Virus record (IMG/VR): IMGVR_UViG_3300023214_000441
Coordinates: 1 to 42,967 of that record
DNA from: a virus
Lineage: Duplodnaviria > Caudoviricetes
Strand: one strand, 5' to 3'
DNA: 42,967 nucleotides
Positions 27,339 through 37,398 of the stretch are shown here, piece by piece; position 1 is the stretch's first letter, and every line of letters starts with the position of its first letter. The position numbers were made by a program, and so were the translations under genes. The notes beneath the pieces are model-generated. The model saw only the letters and a list, made by a program, of their open reading frames with translations. It ran no database searches and was not told the origin of the DNA.

Positions 27339-27980
27339 CTATTCCGAGAAAAACTGGTTATTGCCTTTGGAGGGGTCATACAGGACTGACTGTCCCTTGC
27401 CCCGAAAGCCCTGGTCGCCTGCGATATGACCGCGGCGCGTTTGCTGTGCGGTCTTCTCGATCTGGGCGGCCTTTTCCTTCTGGTCTTCCTCGTAGAATTC
27501 CTGAGGAGTTTCCATCAGGTAGGCACGCAACCCATCGCCGCTCTTCTGAGTGCCGACATGCTGCGACTTGCGGCTACCCGTGTCACTGGTGGGAATAACC
27601 GCATCGGCATCTTCGACAAAGGTATAACCCTTGTCAAGCATTTCCTCGAGCCGGTTCCCTTCGTCGTTTACCCAGCGCCGGACGAAACCCTGCTTTTTGG
27701 GCGCGAGCAGCTTCTGGCCCTGAATGCCACCAAGGCGCTTGCGCGCCTCGCGAATCTTGCGCCGGCGCTCGGCGGCGAGCGCGTATTTGTCGTTTGCGGC
27801 GCTTTCCGGCTGCCGGACGGACTCGGCCTCGGCCTCGGACGCCTCGACGGACTCGGGCTCCGGCTCGGGCGCCGGCCGAGGCTTCTGGTCCAGATGATGC
27901 CGGCAGTAGCCGTCGGCATCCACCATCCTCATATGGCAGCGTCCGCCGTTCCTGAGCGTGCCCTTGCATGTTTCGGTCAT
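27339..27980 (-). CDS. Head-module protein
   Basis: GFVRRWVNDEGNRL..KGYTFV..AYLMETPQEFYEED; N-terminal CKG..C..YCRHH. Confidence 0.75.
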   Translation of the reverse strand: MTETCKGTLRNGGRCHMRMVDADGYCRHHLDQKPRPAPEPEPESVEASEAEAESVRQPESAANDKYALAAERRRKIREARKRLGGIQGQKLLAPKKQGFVRRWVNDEGNRLEEMLDKGYTFVEDADAVIPTSDTGSRKSQHVGTQKSGDGLRAYLMETPQEFYEEDQKEKAAQIEKTAQQTRRGHIAGDQGFRGKGQSVLYDPSKGNNQFFSE

Positions 27981-27981
27981 G

Positions 27982-28872
27982 TCAGCCCTCCATCTGCTTG
28001 TAGTAGGTCTTCACGAAGTCGTCCTTCGAGCACATGCCCCGCTTAACGGCGCGATCGCACGCGGCCTGATACTCCCTGGGCATGTTCTCGTAGGACTGCT
28101 TCTTGCCGCCGGCGGGCACGCGGCGCGATCGCTCGACGGACGCCTGGCCGGCAGGCTGCGAGCCGGCGCCGGTCTTGCCGCGGGAGAAATAGTCGGGAAA
28201 CGCTTCCATGACGCGGGCCTTCACCTTCTTGAGATGGGCTTCGGGATCGAGATGCGGCATGCGCTGTGCGATGCGGTCGCTCTCGGCGCGGGCATAGTCC
28301 GTCATCGCATCATGCGTGCCGTACCAGTCGTTTTCGCGCTCGAAATCCGTCAGCGCCTGCTTTGCATCGGGCGGCATCTCGTTCGATTGAACAGGCTTCT
28401 CGGGCTTCTCGGCCGCCGCCTTCTTTTGCTTGTCCAGCGCCTCGTAGGCTTCGAGATCGCCCTCGCGCACGGCGTCGCGCTGCTTCTGTTCGTATTCGGC
28501 GATGACGCGCTTGCGCTCGGCCTCCAACGCCTCGCTCGTAAAGGCACGCCACGCTTTGATCTCTTGGTCCTGAGAATCGACTTTTTGCTCCGTCTTGGAG
28601 AGCTGCGTCGATAGACGTCTCAGATTCTCGCGCAGGATCGGCGTCACGCTCTCGGTCATATCGACAAACTCTTGAGCGTCACGCCACGTTGCCGGATCGC
28701 CGCGATATTCGTCCTTCGGTTTCCAGCCGAGCTGGCGCGCGCGCTCCTCGATATCGGGAGAAGCGTCGGTGCCGGTGGCGGACTCCTGCTCCGGCTCGGC
28801 CGGCTCGGCCTCCGTCGTGCTGGTAGCGTTCTCGTCCACGGTGTCGGACAGGTCGGGTGCATTGCTCGCCAT
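27982..28872 (-). CDS. Scaffolding protein
   Basis: ARQLGWKPKDEYRGDPATWRDAQEFV, coiled coils, acidic N-terminus, FERENDWYG. Confidence 0.75.
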   Translation of the reverse strand: MASNAPDLSDTVDENATSTTEAEPAEPEQESATGTDASPDIEERARQLGWKPKDEYRGDPATWRDAQEFVDMTESVTPILRENLRRLSTQLSKTEQKVDSQDQEIKAWRAFTSEALEAERKRVIAEYEQKQRDAVREGDLEAYEALDKQKKAAAEKPEKPVQSNEMPPDAKQALTDFERENDWYGTHDAMTDYARAESDRIAQRMPHLDPEAHLKKVKARVMEAFPDYFSRGKTGAGSQPAGQASVERSRRVPAGGKKQSYENMPREYQAACDRAVKRGMCSKDDFVKTYYKQMEG

Positions 28873-28873
28873 G

Positions 28874-29191
28874 TTACGCCTCCTCTTTCTCGATCACGGC
28901 GATGATGTCGTCGGCGTTGACGACGCGGTATTCCTCGTCCTCGTCACCCCGCTTCGGACAGATGGTGCCGGCGTACTTGGTGATCAGCACATGTGCGCCG
29001 GGCGCGGGCCAGAAATCGAGCTTCAGATCGGCCGTCTCGCCGTTTTCGACCAGGACCGCTTCAAGTTGGGCCATTTCCTTCTTGTCGCGGTATTCCTCGG
29101 GCAGAATGATGCCGCCCTTGGTGCGCTCCTCGACCTTGATGATGCGCACGAGCACGCGGTCGCCGAGCGGAGTGATGCCGGGGTCTTTCAT
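28874..29191 (-). CDS. groES: Co-chaperonin GroES
   Basis: PLGDRVLVR..EERTKGGIILP..KYAG..YRVVNADDIIAVIE. Confidence 0.92.
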   Translation of the reverse strand: MKDPGITPLGDRVLVRIIKVEERTKGGIILPEEYRDKKEMAQLEAVLVENGETADLKLDFWPAPGAHVLITKYAGTICPKRGDEDEEYRVVNADDIIAVIEKEEA

Positions 29192-29493
29192 TCCGCTGCC
29201 TCCCTGTGCCGATCCTCGCCCAGAATCGACTGGATGTCGTCCGTGCTCAGATTAAGGATGTTGTCGATCATCGACGCCATACCGGCCCATCCGGCAGCTC
29301 GCAGGCGCAAGTGCCCGAGTTGCTCTTCATCGGCCACCAATACGGTGCGCGCGATGTCCGTGATGTGCGCGTCATACTGGACTCTGAGGTGCTGAAGAAG
29401 ATCCAGGAACCACCGATTGTCCTCCTTCCACCGCTGGAGATCGTCCGGGCTGAGATTGAGGGCCGCCCTGCTGCCCGCTGCCTTGGCTTCCAT
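29188..29493 (-). CDS. Hypothetical protein
   Basis: GGAG RBS; coupled to groES; overlaps the portal C-terminus. Confidence 0.55.
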   Translation of the reverse strand: MEAKAAGSRAALNLSPDDLQRWKEDNRWFLDLLQHLRVQYDAHITDIARTVLVADEEQLGHLRLRAAGWAGMASMIDNILNLSTDDIQSILGEDRHREAAE

Positions 29494-31384
29494 CGCCGAT
29501 CAACTCCCTTGCTGCAATGATCAGTTCCTTCATGTTCAGAAGGTTGTCCGCGCCCAACTCGTCGCTCTTTGCGGCCTTCTCGAACGCGCTCGCAAGCTGC
29601 TCGATTCCCTTGAACAGCATCTCTTTCTGCTTGATCTGCATCTCGAACAGCTTGGCCGCCTGCTCCGGCGTCGGGCCCTGTTGCTCGGGCGCCATGAAGC
29701 GCTCGGGCTCCTCGATCCCGGCCGTGCGCATCGCCTCCTCGAGAATCGTTATCGGGTTCGCGCCGGGAAACTGTATGAAGCCCAGCAGCATCTGCGTGCG
29801 GGCGGCGCGCTGGATGTCGGTGGACATGGACGGATCGGCGGCCGGCACGATGTCGAGGCTGACCGTCTCGTAATCCTGCTCCGCGATTGCGTCCGGATCG
29901 TCGAGCACACGCTTGTATTGCTCTGGGTCGAGATGGCGGGCGTTCAAGTCGTAGAGCAGCTTGAACTCCTGCTTCATCGACCGCCAGATGCGCTTGAAGA
30001 TCGCCGTGTAGACCTTCATGCCCTGCTCGATCAGGGAGAGCACCGTCGTCGCCGGGGTGTTCGCGGGCGGCGGCCCGCCGCTCATGACTTCGCTCACCGA
30101 GGAGATTTCCTTCGCCGCATCGACGAGCAGGCCGAGCATGGCGAACAGCACCTGGCTCGGCTCGCGTACCGGCAAAGGCAGAATGGCATCCTTCATCGGC
30201 GCGCCGCCGGTATCGACCTTCTTCCATTCGCCCGGCGTGAAGCGCAGCGCGCCCGAATCAACACGGAAGCCCTTGGCGATGAAGCCGCCCTGCACGTTCG
30301 ACAGGTGCCCGGCGTCGATCAGCATGTTGACCAGGCTGTCCACGGCGTCGTTCAGCGGACGCAGAAGCTGTCCGAAGCCCTTGGAATAGAAGCTGCCTTC
30401 CGGATCGGGGAAGCATTCGTACTTGATGAAGTACTTCCGCGGCGTGATCTTGGCGATTCGCCCCTCGGAATCGACGACAATATCCCTGGCATCGAAATTC
30501 GCCACTACGCGGGCAACCTCGCCGGTTTCACGGGAAACGGTGACGATATAGGGCTCGGGCCGGTCGTCGCCGTCGATATCGAACCAGGTGTGCTGCTCGA
30601 TGAACTCGACGGGGGCGTGCTCGTCCTCGGCCGGGCTGCCGAAATCGGCGTCGCGGAAGACGCCGAGCGCGATCTTCTGTGCGATCTCGTGCGGATACAG
30701 CGCTGTCCGCTGCGAGATGCGCGGGCAGTCGGTCAGGTTCTTGGCATAATTGTTCACGACCAGATCGGTCGCGAGAACAAGCTCGGAGACGTTCCGGCCG
30801 CGGGACGGATCGAACCACACCTTGCGGAAGGCGCAGCCTTCGAGCGGCAGCGTGAGCAGCAGGCGGTCGGTTTCCTCCTCCCAATCCTCCATCTCCTCCA
30901 TGAGCTGCCAGCTCATGTGCGAGGAGACGCGGGTGGCGCGCTTCTGCTTCTCTCCGTCCGTGTCCTTGCCGATCACCCGTGCGAGCGCCGGCGTGCCGGA
31001 ATTAACGATCGCGGGATAGGCGCGCGCGTTGAACTGCAAGGCCGCGACCGTCATCAGCGGATAGGTGAGGTTCGATGCGTCCGGCCACGGATAGACCTTG
31101 GTATCGTCATAGAGGTTTTGGCCGGCGATGCGCCGGATATCCTCGATTTCCAGTTCCCACTCCGCGCGGGACGACAGGTCGTCCTCGAAGCCGCGAAGCG
31201 CCCGGTCGCCCCATTCGCCGAGAAGCTGCTCCTCAAGGTAAGGCGTGATGTTGGCCTGATTCGACAAAAGCGCTAGCCGGTCGGCGGCCGAAAGCTGCTC
31301 AATATCCTCCGCGGCGACTTCCCCGCTGGTCTCTTCGGTCTCTTCGGAGGCGATCTCGGCGATGTCCTGGGGCGATGTCGCCAT
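29372..31384 (-). CDS. Portal protein
   Basis: YPWPDASNLTYPL..ALQFNARAYP, GCAFRKVWFD, FIEQH, LIDAGHLSNVQGGF, PGEWKKVD, ATTVLSLIEQGMKVYTAIFKR. Confidence 0.92.
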   Translation of the reverse strand: MATSPQDIAEIASEETEETSGEVAAEDIEQLSAADRLALLSNQANITPYLEEQLLGEWGDRALRGFEDDLSSRAEWELEIEDIRRIAGQNLYDDTKVYPWPDASNLTYPLMTVAALQFNARAYPAIVNSGTPALARVIGKDTDGEKQKRATRVSSHMSWQLMEEMEDWEEETDRLLLTLPLEGCAFRKVWFDPSRGRNVSELVLATDLVVNNYAKNLTDCPRISQRTALYPHEIAQKIALGVFRDADFGSPAEDEHAPVEFIEQHTWFDIDGDDRPEPYIVTVSRETGEVARVVANFDARDIVVDSEGRIAKITPRKYFIKYECFPDPEGSFYSKGFGQLLRPLNDAVDSLVNMLIDAGHLSNVQGGFIAKGFRVDSGALRFTPGEWKKVDTGGAPMKDAILPLPVREPSQVLFAMLGLLVDAAKEISSVSEVMSGGPPPANTPATTVLSLIEQGMKVYTAIFKRIWRSMKQEFKLLYDLNARHLDPEQYKRVLDDPDAIAEQDYETVSLDIVPAADPSMSTDIQRAARTQMLLGFIQFPGANPITILEEAMRTAGIEEPERFMAPEQQGPTPEQAAKLFEMQIKQKEMLFKGIEQLASAFEKAAKSDELGADNLLNMKELIIAARELIGDGSQGSGQQGGPQSQPGRSPAVEGGQSVVPGSSSAPQSPV

Positions 31385-31385
31385 G

Positions 31386-32999
31386 TCAGTACCCCGTTCT
31401 CGGGTTGCGGCCAGATGCACCTGCTGTTGCGCTCGCGCGGATCATCTCGCGTTCCTCCGCCGGCGCGTCGATGTCAATTCCAAGGGAATCGGCGAAAACC
31501 ATGAAGGCGTCAGCGCCGTGACTGGCGGCGTTGTGCACCGGGTTGGGTTTCCAGTCGCCGCGCCTGTCATCCCATTCCTTCCGATATTCATCGAGACAGT
31601 CGGTCCCTTCGCGGCACCGCTCCTCGTCGAAGAAGCATTGCGGGATCAGTCGGCGCGCCCGCTCAATACTTTGTTGCTTCGACGGCGTGCGACGCACAAT
31701 ATGCACCTCGAAACCGTTGTCGTAAAGGACTTCCGCAACAGATTGGGATGATGCCAAGGATTTGCGGTCGCCGTCATGAGGTAGAAAGGCGGTCCCGTAA
31801 TTGAGCGGCCGTAGCCCGTCGCGTTTGTTTTTCAGCATGTGGACGTAGTATTCGATGCCCTCGCCGGACGCCTGAAAATAGTCCACAAAGCGGTAATCCA
31901 GCCCGACGCGCTGATAGAACCAGATCGCGGTCGTATCGCGCCCGAGATCCCAGAAGGTTTCGATCGGAATCATCGGGTCGATCGGCACGCGGCAGATGCG
32001 GCCGGTCGCGCGCGCTTGCGCCATGGCGCGATTGAAATACGCGCCCTCGATCGACGCCTCGAACGCCTCCTGCCAATAGGACGGATATTCCGAGCGCATG
32101 CGATCCTGGTAGGTCTCGAGCTCGACCGCGTACCACAGTTTCTGCTCAGGCGTGAGATGGATGTCCGCAGCGGCAAGGCGCTCAAAATATTCATCGAGTG
32201 ATCCGCCATACCACTCGCCGCCGGGGATGCGGTATTCGGACTCCTCCCACCACGGATAAAAGTGCATCCGGAAATGCTTGGGCGTCAGCGGTCCTTGATG
32301 ATTTGCCGCGCGCTTGCAGATCTCAAAGAAGTGGCCTGTGCGCCCGGCCGCCGTGCTCTCGACGATCAGGCAACCATTGTCGGGCACCGTCGGAATCGCG
32401 CCGGTCTTGACCTCTTCCGCGCGCTCTGGCGCGAACTGGCACAGGCGGCCGTACTCGCTGAGGTGCATCAACTGATAGGTGCCGCTTCTCAGCGACGTGC
32501 CCACCATCAAGGCCGAGCCGTTGGGAAATCGAAGGCTGCTCGCGGTATCGTTCGTCGCTGGCATCATCTCCTTCACAAAGGGCGGAAGGTTGTCGTAGGC
32601 GAATTTGACTTTCTCCTCGAAGATCGCCTTCGCGGCGTCCTCCTTGTGCGCGATCGTGCCCGCATTGGTGTCGGGGATGAACAGGCAGTCGTCGAGCATG
32701 CTGATCTGCACGAAGGTCGTCATCCCGAGCTGCCGACATTTCAGCAGAACGTTCCTGCGATGCAGATTGTACCAGAGCCGCATCTGATGGCGGTTCGGAC
32801 GGAATTTGATCCGCCGGCCCTTCTTGGTCTTGATCCAGTAGAGATTGTTCAGCCGCCACCATTTCGAGGCGAGCAGCCGGCCGAAGAGGTGATCTTCGTC
32901 AACGCGCCCGCCTTTCGTCTCGCGCGGGGCTTCGTCGGCCGACACCGCATCCTCGTCGGGCGGCAGGCCGTAGACTAGGCTCGCTCCCAGATCGTCCAC
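31386..32999 (-). CDS. terL: Terminase large subunit
   Basis: LKCRQLGMTT, HLSEYG, IVESTAAG, FWDLG, HGADAF; start placed at GTG 32999. Confidence 0.95.
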   Translation of the reverse strand: MDDLGASLVYGLPPDEDAVSADEAPRETKGGRVDEDHLFGRLLASKWWRLNNLYWIKTKKGRRIKFRPNRHQMRLWYNLHRRNVLLKCRQLGMTTFVQISMLDDCLFIPDTNAGTIAHKEDAAKAIFEEKVKFAYDNLPPFVKEMMPATNDTASSLRFPNGSALMVGTSLRSGTYQLMHLSEYGRLCQFAPERAEEVKTGAIPTVPDNGCLIVESTAAGRTGHFFEICKRAANHQGPLTPKHFRMHFYPWWEESEYRIPGGEWYGGSLDEYFERLAAADIHLTPEQKLWYAVELETYQDRMRSEYPSYWQEAFEASIEGAYFNRAMAQARATGRICRVPIDPMIPIETFWDLGRDTTAIWFYQRVGLDYRFVDYFQASGEGIEYYVHMLKNKRDGLRPLNYGTAFLPHDGDRKSLASSQSVAEVLYDNGFEVHIVRRTPSKQQSIERARRLIPQCFFDEERCREGTDCLDEYRKEWDDRRGDWKPNPVHNAASHGADAFMVFADSLGIDIDAPAEEREMIRASATAGASGRNPRTGY

Positions 33000-33325
33000 T
33001 ACAGCCCCTCCACCACCTCGAACTCGGCGATGGTCGAAAACAGTTGCGACGGACTCCCGTCCTGGAAACGCAGCTCGGCCTTCCAAATGCCGGCCTGATC
33101 GAGATCGCCGTCGGCAAAAATGTAGGACGCCCAGGTGTTGGCGGCGAACGTCCCGGCCGACGTGACAAGCTCGGTTGTCCCGAGTGTGCCGGGGACGGTG
33201 ATCTTTGTCGAAGCGTCCGGCTTGAGGAAGGTGAACTGCAGGCCCGTCTGCGCCGACATGTCGAAGCCGGTGCCCATGACGAACTGGATGCCGAACTCGG
33301 TTTTGATCAGGGGATTGGTTGCCAA
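32999..33325 (-). CDS. Small Ig-like/BppU-like virion protein
   Basis: FTFLKPD..YIFADGDLDQAGIWKAE; start uncertain. Confidence 0.65.
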   Translation of the reverse strand: MATNPLIKTEFGIQFVMGTGFDMSAQTGLQFTFLKPDASTKITVPGTLGTTELVTSAGTFAANTWASYIFADGDLDQAGIWKAELRFQDGSPSQLFSTIAEFEVVEGL

Positions 33326-33326
33326 T

Positions 33327-34148
33327 TCAGCCTCCCAGAGCCGATTGCGAGCATGACAGACGGGCGACGACTGCGCAAGGACCACCGTCTATGGACGCCG
33401 CGACAATCCGCGGCTCCGGGGTCATCTGCCGGAATCTGGATATACTCGCAGTGATCGGGGAAAAGACGCTCAGCTCGTCGTTGATCGAGGCCGTGACGAC
33501 CCGCGGCGAGGCGTCCATGCCCCGGAATACCGCGCACACATCGACCGCAGCGGGCTCGACGACGGACACGCTCGGCTGCGAGATCGTCGCCGTCAGCGTG
33601 ATCGATTCCGGTGCCGCCAGGGACTCGCCCACCTCTTGGCCGGTCGGCTGACTGACGGTGGGCGTCAGCGAGATCGACTCCGCCGCGGCGGCCGTCTCCG
33701 CCTGGGCCGATGGGGCGGAAACCGATAGGGTGACTTCGAGCGACTCCGCAACCGCTCCGGTTTCGGCGATGGCCGTCGGACTCGTCACCGACGGCGCGAG
33801 GGAAATCGATTCCGGTGATGCCTCGAAAACCAGCGTCTGTTCGGCGGTGGGCGCGGTGATTGCCGGGACGACTTGAACGGATTCCGGCGCCACGGCCGTT
33901 TCGGCCTGCGCCGCCGGCGCGGTAATCAAGGGAACAACGTCGATCGATTGAGCGTCTGCGCCAGTCTCGGCCTGCGCTGTCGGAGCAGTGACGGTAGGAA
34001 TGGCGTCGATCGACTCCGGCGCCGCCGATGACTCGCCCCCACCCCCGCCCACGTCCTCATCTTCATTGAACTGAAGCGGGCCGACGAAGTATTCCTCGGC
34101 CCCATCCTCATGGACGTTGAGCCCGCCGATGAAGATGTCGCGCGCCAT
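33327..34148 (-). CDS. Virion protein with about 23-aa PESI..P.ITAPTA repeats
   Basis: About 7 imperfect repeats; acidic and Ala/Thr-rich. Confidence 0.65.
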   Translation of the reverse strand: MARDIFIGGLNVHEDGAEEYFVGPLQFNEDEDVGGGGGESSAAPESIDAIPTVTAPTAQAETGADAQSIDVVPLITAPAAQAETAVAPESVQVVPAITAPTAEQTLVFEASPESISLAPSVTSPTAIAETGAVAESLEVTLSVSAPSAQAETAAAAESISLTPTVSQPTGQEVGESLAAPESITLTATISQPSVSVVEPAAVDVCAVFRGMDASPRVVTASINDELSVFSPITASISRFRQMTPEPRIVAASIDGGPCAVVARLSCSQSALGG

Positions 34149-35506
34149 CAGGCGACCTCAAGCTTCGGGTCCACAAGAACTGTGCGATTCCCAGCAAGTA
34201 TCGGGACGACCGTGACGACGCCGGAAACCTGCGGCGTGTAGGTAAATTCGATCTTCTTTGGCACTCCGACACCCGTGCCGTTCCAGGTCGAGGCCATATC
34301 GTCCGTCAGATTGACCCCGGCGGCATTTGGTAACGGGCGAGTCGACAGATATTTTTGCCGCGCTGTTGGCATTGCGGAGTCGTCCGGCCCGAGCAGACGC
34401 GCATGGAATTCCTGATCCGTGATCTCCGCGTCGGTCGCCAGGTGCAACGTGATCGTGATCTGACTCCCGCCTGCGACCCACCGTGCGATCTGCGCACCCT
34501 CGATCGTGTGGGCGAAATTAGTGTCCGCGTTGCCCTCCATTTTCCATGAATACGGGTTCGCCTGCTCACCGTCGTCTGCGCCCCCTGTCCGGCGCTCAGA
34601 CAGGACGGTCCGGATTTCCCCGTTGTCGCTCTCCCACCGAGTAAGGCCCAGAGGCGGGGTGGAAATTGTCCCGTCGGCGCAATTCTCGACGGAGATCCAC
34701 GTACGATGCCGGGTGGTCGTCTCGTAGAGGCTCGACGTCGCGTCGAGTCCTGGAATGTTGCAGCGGCGGAACGTCGCGAAATACGACCCCTCCTCGCTAC
34801 TGCCGCCGCGCTGGACGTCAAGCAGGCTGGCGGCAGTATTTATAAAGTTGACGCCCTCACATTCGATGCTGCCTGTCTCTTTGGTATCCGAACCGGCGTT
34901 GCTATTAGCCGCCCAAGTTAACAGCGGCCCGTTATTCACAATCGTGAAATCACCGCCAATGATGTGCACGTGAACGTCATCGCTGACAGTCACCGTGCGC
35001 ACCGCCCCGAAATCAAACGTGCAGTTGATTGCGGTTATTCTCGCCGCCACCCCGAATCCGCAGTCTGCATTGCCACTGCCGCCGCGACCAACGAGCGTAC
35101 ATTCCTCGATGACGATTGTATCGGACCCAAGAGTCGACGAGTTTTTACCACCTAGCACGAGTTCGTCGTCGGACTCTAGATGCAGGCCCCATGCATAGAC
35201 GAATCCCTCCCAGTGGATATCGTTCGAGCCGTCGGCAGTCGTCAGTTTCGCGCCCGCCTCGCCGACACCAGTCATTTTGTTCGTCGAGATCACGCTGACG
35301 AGCGACTGCGGATCGACTCCACTGACCCCGATCCACGTGATCACCGTATTCGACGTGAAGGTTTCAAGATGATCACTGGCGACGCGCACCTCGTCGCCCG
35401 ACGCCGCATTCGTAGCAGCGCTCAGGATCGATGTGTAAGCGTCCCCCCACGACGTGCCGTCGTTAGCACCGGACGCGTTGGAGTCGACAAAGATGACGGC
35501 CATCAT
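34148..35506 (-). CDS. Putative beta-helix tailspike-like protein
   Basis: IFVDSNASGANDGTSWGDAYTSI..GDEVRVA start and recurrent NCTF/ECTL/RCNI turns. Confidence 0.65.
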   Translation of the reverse strand: MMAVIFVDSNASGANDGTSWGDAYTSILSAATNAASGDEVRVASDHLETFTSNTVITWIGVSGVDPQSLVSVISTNKMTGVGEAGAKLTTADGSNDIHWEGFVYAWGLHLESDDELVLGGKNSSTLGSDTIVIEECTLVGRGGSGNADCGFGVAARITAINCTFDFGAVRTVTVSDDVHVHIIGGDFTIVNNGPLLTWAANSNAGSDTKETGSIECEGVNFINTAASLLDVQRGGSSEEGSYFATFRRCNIPGLDATSSLYETTTRHRTWISVENCADGTISTPPLGLTRWESDNGEIRTVLSERRTGGADDGEQANPYSWKMEGNADTNFAHTIEGAQIARWVAGGSQITITLHLATDAEITDQEFHARLLGPDDSAMPTARQKYLSTRPLPNAAGVNLTDDMASTWNGTGVGVPKKIEFTYTPQVSGVVTVVPILAGNRTVLVDPKLEVA

Positions 35507-35790
35507 TCACCTCGAATGAGGAAAGGCGTCATCACTGTCGTTCGGTCGGACTGCGGCACGGCCTCGTTCTCGATGAAGTTCACGATCTCATCCGACAGTT
35601 TGATCGCATTGCCAGCCTCGCTCGCGCTGACTCCGACGACACTCGGGTCGAAGTTCGGGTCGTTCGCCGGGTCTTCGTTGCGCACGATCTCTTGCAGCCG
35701 TTTGGCCTCCTCGCGAAGTCCGTTTAACTGCTGGACCCAGTTGCGAAGCCGCTGCATGAGAATTTCATTTTCTTGCTTGGTGAGTGCCAT
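35503..35790 (-). CDS. Hypothetical protein
   Basis: GGAGG RBS; coupled to the next gene. Confidence 0.65.
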   Translation of the reverse strand: MALTKQENEILMQRLRNWVQQLNGLREEAKRLQEIVRNEDPANDPNFDPSVVGVSASEAGNAIKLSDEIVNFIENEAVPQSDRTTVMTPFLIRGE

Positions 35791-35799
35791 GTGTTCCTC

Positions 35800-37161
35800 C
35801 TACCGTTTTGGCACGATCGCGTGCCGGAGAGAGATCGGCGCCTTCGGGTTGGTGCGCCGCTCGATCGCATCGCTGAGCTTGTCGTAGTCGTCGGGCGCCC
35901 CCGGAACATCGACATGCGTCGCTGCCGCAATCGCCGCGCGCTGCGCCTTGGCGCGGATGGTCCGGACATTGGTGCTTCCCCAATCCAGCGGCGGAAAATC
36001 CTCGGTGGGAAACCCCGTGAGTTCGGCACGCTCCATCACATTCCCGATGATATCGGGCCAGTTGTCGTGCCAGTCCGACGGCGCCGGGCCCAGTTCGGAC
36101 TCGGGATCGACGCGGTAGACAATACTTCCACCCCACCCGAGCAGGATAAAGGCATCGTCCTGCATCAATCGGCCCCATACGGAGGCATACTGCCATTCGA
36201 GAATCGGGCGCCAATCCTCGAAGCCAAGGGCAACCACATGTGCTAGCGCCAGTGTCATGTATGCCTGCTGCCAAAGGGCAAACCCCATCCCCGGCTTTCG
36301 TTGAAGCCAGTCGCGTCCGCCGATCTGGCCGGCCGTCGCCCGCCCCGGATTGACGCCGCCGCGGCCAGTCCAGTTGGGCGTGCCATAGTCGCGTGCCTTC
36401 ATGCGGGCGATGTGCGCGAGATAGAAGTCCCGCGCATTGTCCAGGACGGGGCGAAATGCCGGGCGCATCCTGGTCAACTCGGCCAGCGTGCGCAGGCCCC
36501 ATGCGTCGGCTCGATCCTGCGGGGACATCGGCGGGCCGTCGTCATGCCATCCGAGCTTCTGTTCATACGCGGACCACTGCTCGCGCAGCTTGTCGATATA
36601 TTTGTCGTCCCCCGTCAGCAGATAGGCCGGCCAGTAGAGATTCGGAGGGTGGGCAATGTCGGGCTTCCAGTTGGGGTTGCCGTCCACCTGGTCACTCCAC
36701 GGAATGTCCAGATCCGCCTGGGCGATGACCACCTCGCGCATGTTCGACTGCCCGGCGAGCAGGGCGGCGGTCCACTCCGTGACGAGGCCGATGTCGCCGC
36801 GTTCGCCGGTCGAATGCATGCTCATCTGGAGGCCGACATTCTCCGACGTCAGGTCCGGCACGGACACGGTCTTGTCCAATCGTGCAATCGGAAACAGTCC
36901 GCCCTCGGTGAACGGATCGACGGCCCACCCCGACGACGAGGGCTCTGGCGTTGGCTCTGGAGTGGGTTCCGGGGTCGGCGCTGGCGTGGGATCCGGAGTC
37001 GGCTCTGGGGTCGGCGTGGGCTCCGCCGCACTTATCAGCTCGTCCACGCCGGCGCGCGTGACGCCCAGGTGATCGAGCGTCGCCCGCGCCTCGTCGATCT
37101 GGTTCTCCGTCCGCGCGATCGCCCAGTCGAGGCGTTGGCGGATCTGCTTGAGAGAAAGCAT
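35800..37161 (-). CDS. Hypothetical protein with PT/PE linker and enzyme-like helical domain
   Basis: EPTPTPEPTPDPTPAP linker; GERGDIG, IAHPPNLYWPAYLLTGD, QDRADAWGLR motifs. Confidence 0.7.
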   Translation of the reverse strand: MLSLKQIRQRLDWAIARTENQIDEARATLDHLGVTRAGVDELISAAEPTPTPEPTPDPTPAPTPEPTPEPTPEPSSSGWAVDPFTEGGLFPIARLDKTVSVPDLTSENVGLQMSMHSTGERGDIGLVTEWTAALLAGQSNMREVVIAQADLDIPWSDQVDGNPNWKPDIAHPPNLYWPAYLLTGDDKYIDKLREQWSAYEQKLGWHDDGPPMSPQDRADAWGLRTLAELTRMRPAFRPVLDNARDFYLAHIARMKARDYGTPNWTGRGGVNPGRATAGQIGGRDWLQRKPGMGFALWQQAYMTLALAHVVALGFEDWRPILEWQYASVWGRLMQDDAFILLGWGGSIVYRVDPESELGPAPSDWHDNWPDIIGNVMERAELTGFPTEDFPPLDWGSTNVRTIRAKAQRAAIAAATHVDVPGAPDDYDKLSDAIERRTNPKAPISLRHAIVPKR

Positions 37162-37162
37162 A

Positions 37163-37345
37163 TTATGTCCCTGTTTTTGATTGCGCGAATGCCAGCAGCA
37201 CAAGAAACAAATATAGCCCCAAAGCCACCCCCGGCACCATCACCGACATCCACCACCACGATATCCCCAGCGCGCCAACGGCCACGGCCGCAATCAGCGC
37301 AGCCAGGATTGCGAAGAGAATGATTGCGATTTGAAGGCCGGCCAT
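37163..37345 (-). CDS. Small two-TM membrane protein
   Basis: Almost entirely hydrophobic 60 aa; start uncertain. Confidence 0.5.
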   Translation of the reverse strand: MAGLQIAIILFAILAALIAAVAVGALGISWWWMSVMVPGVALGLYLFLVLLAFAQSKTGT

Positions 37346-37398
37346 GCTGTTCGCCCAGGCAATCGCGAGGATGATGAAGCCGGACGGCAGAATTAAAA

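Noticed and set aside
36940-37022. 12-bp periodic repeat
   Set aside because: Encodes the Pro-Thr/Pro-Glu linker of the 35800-37161 protein.
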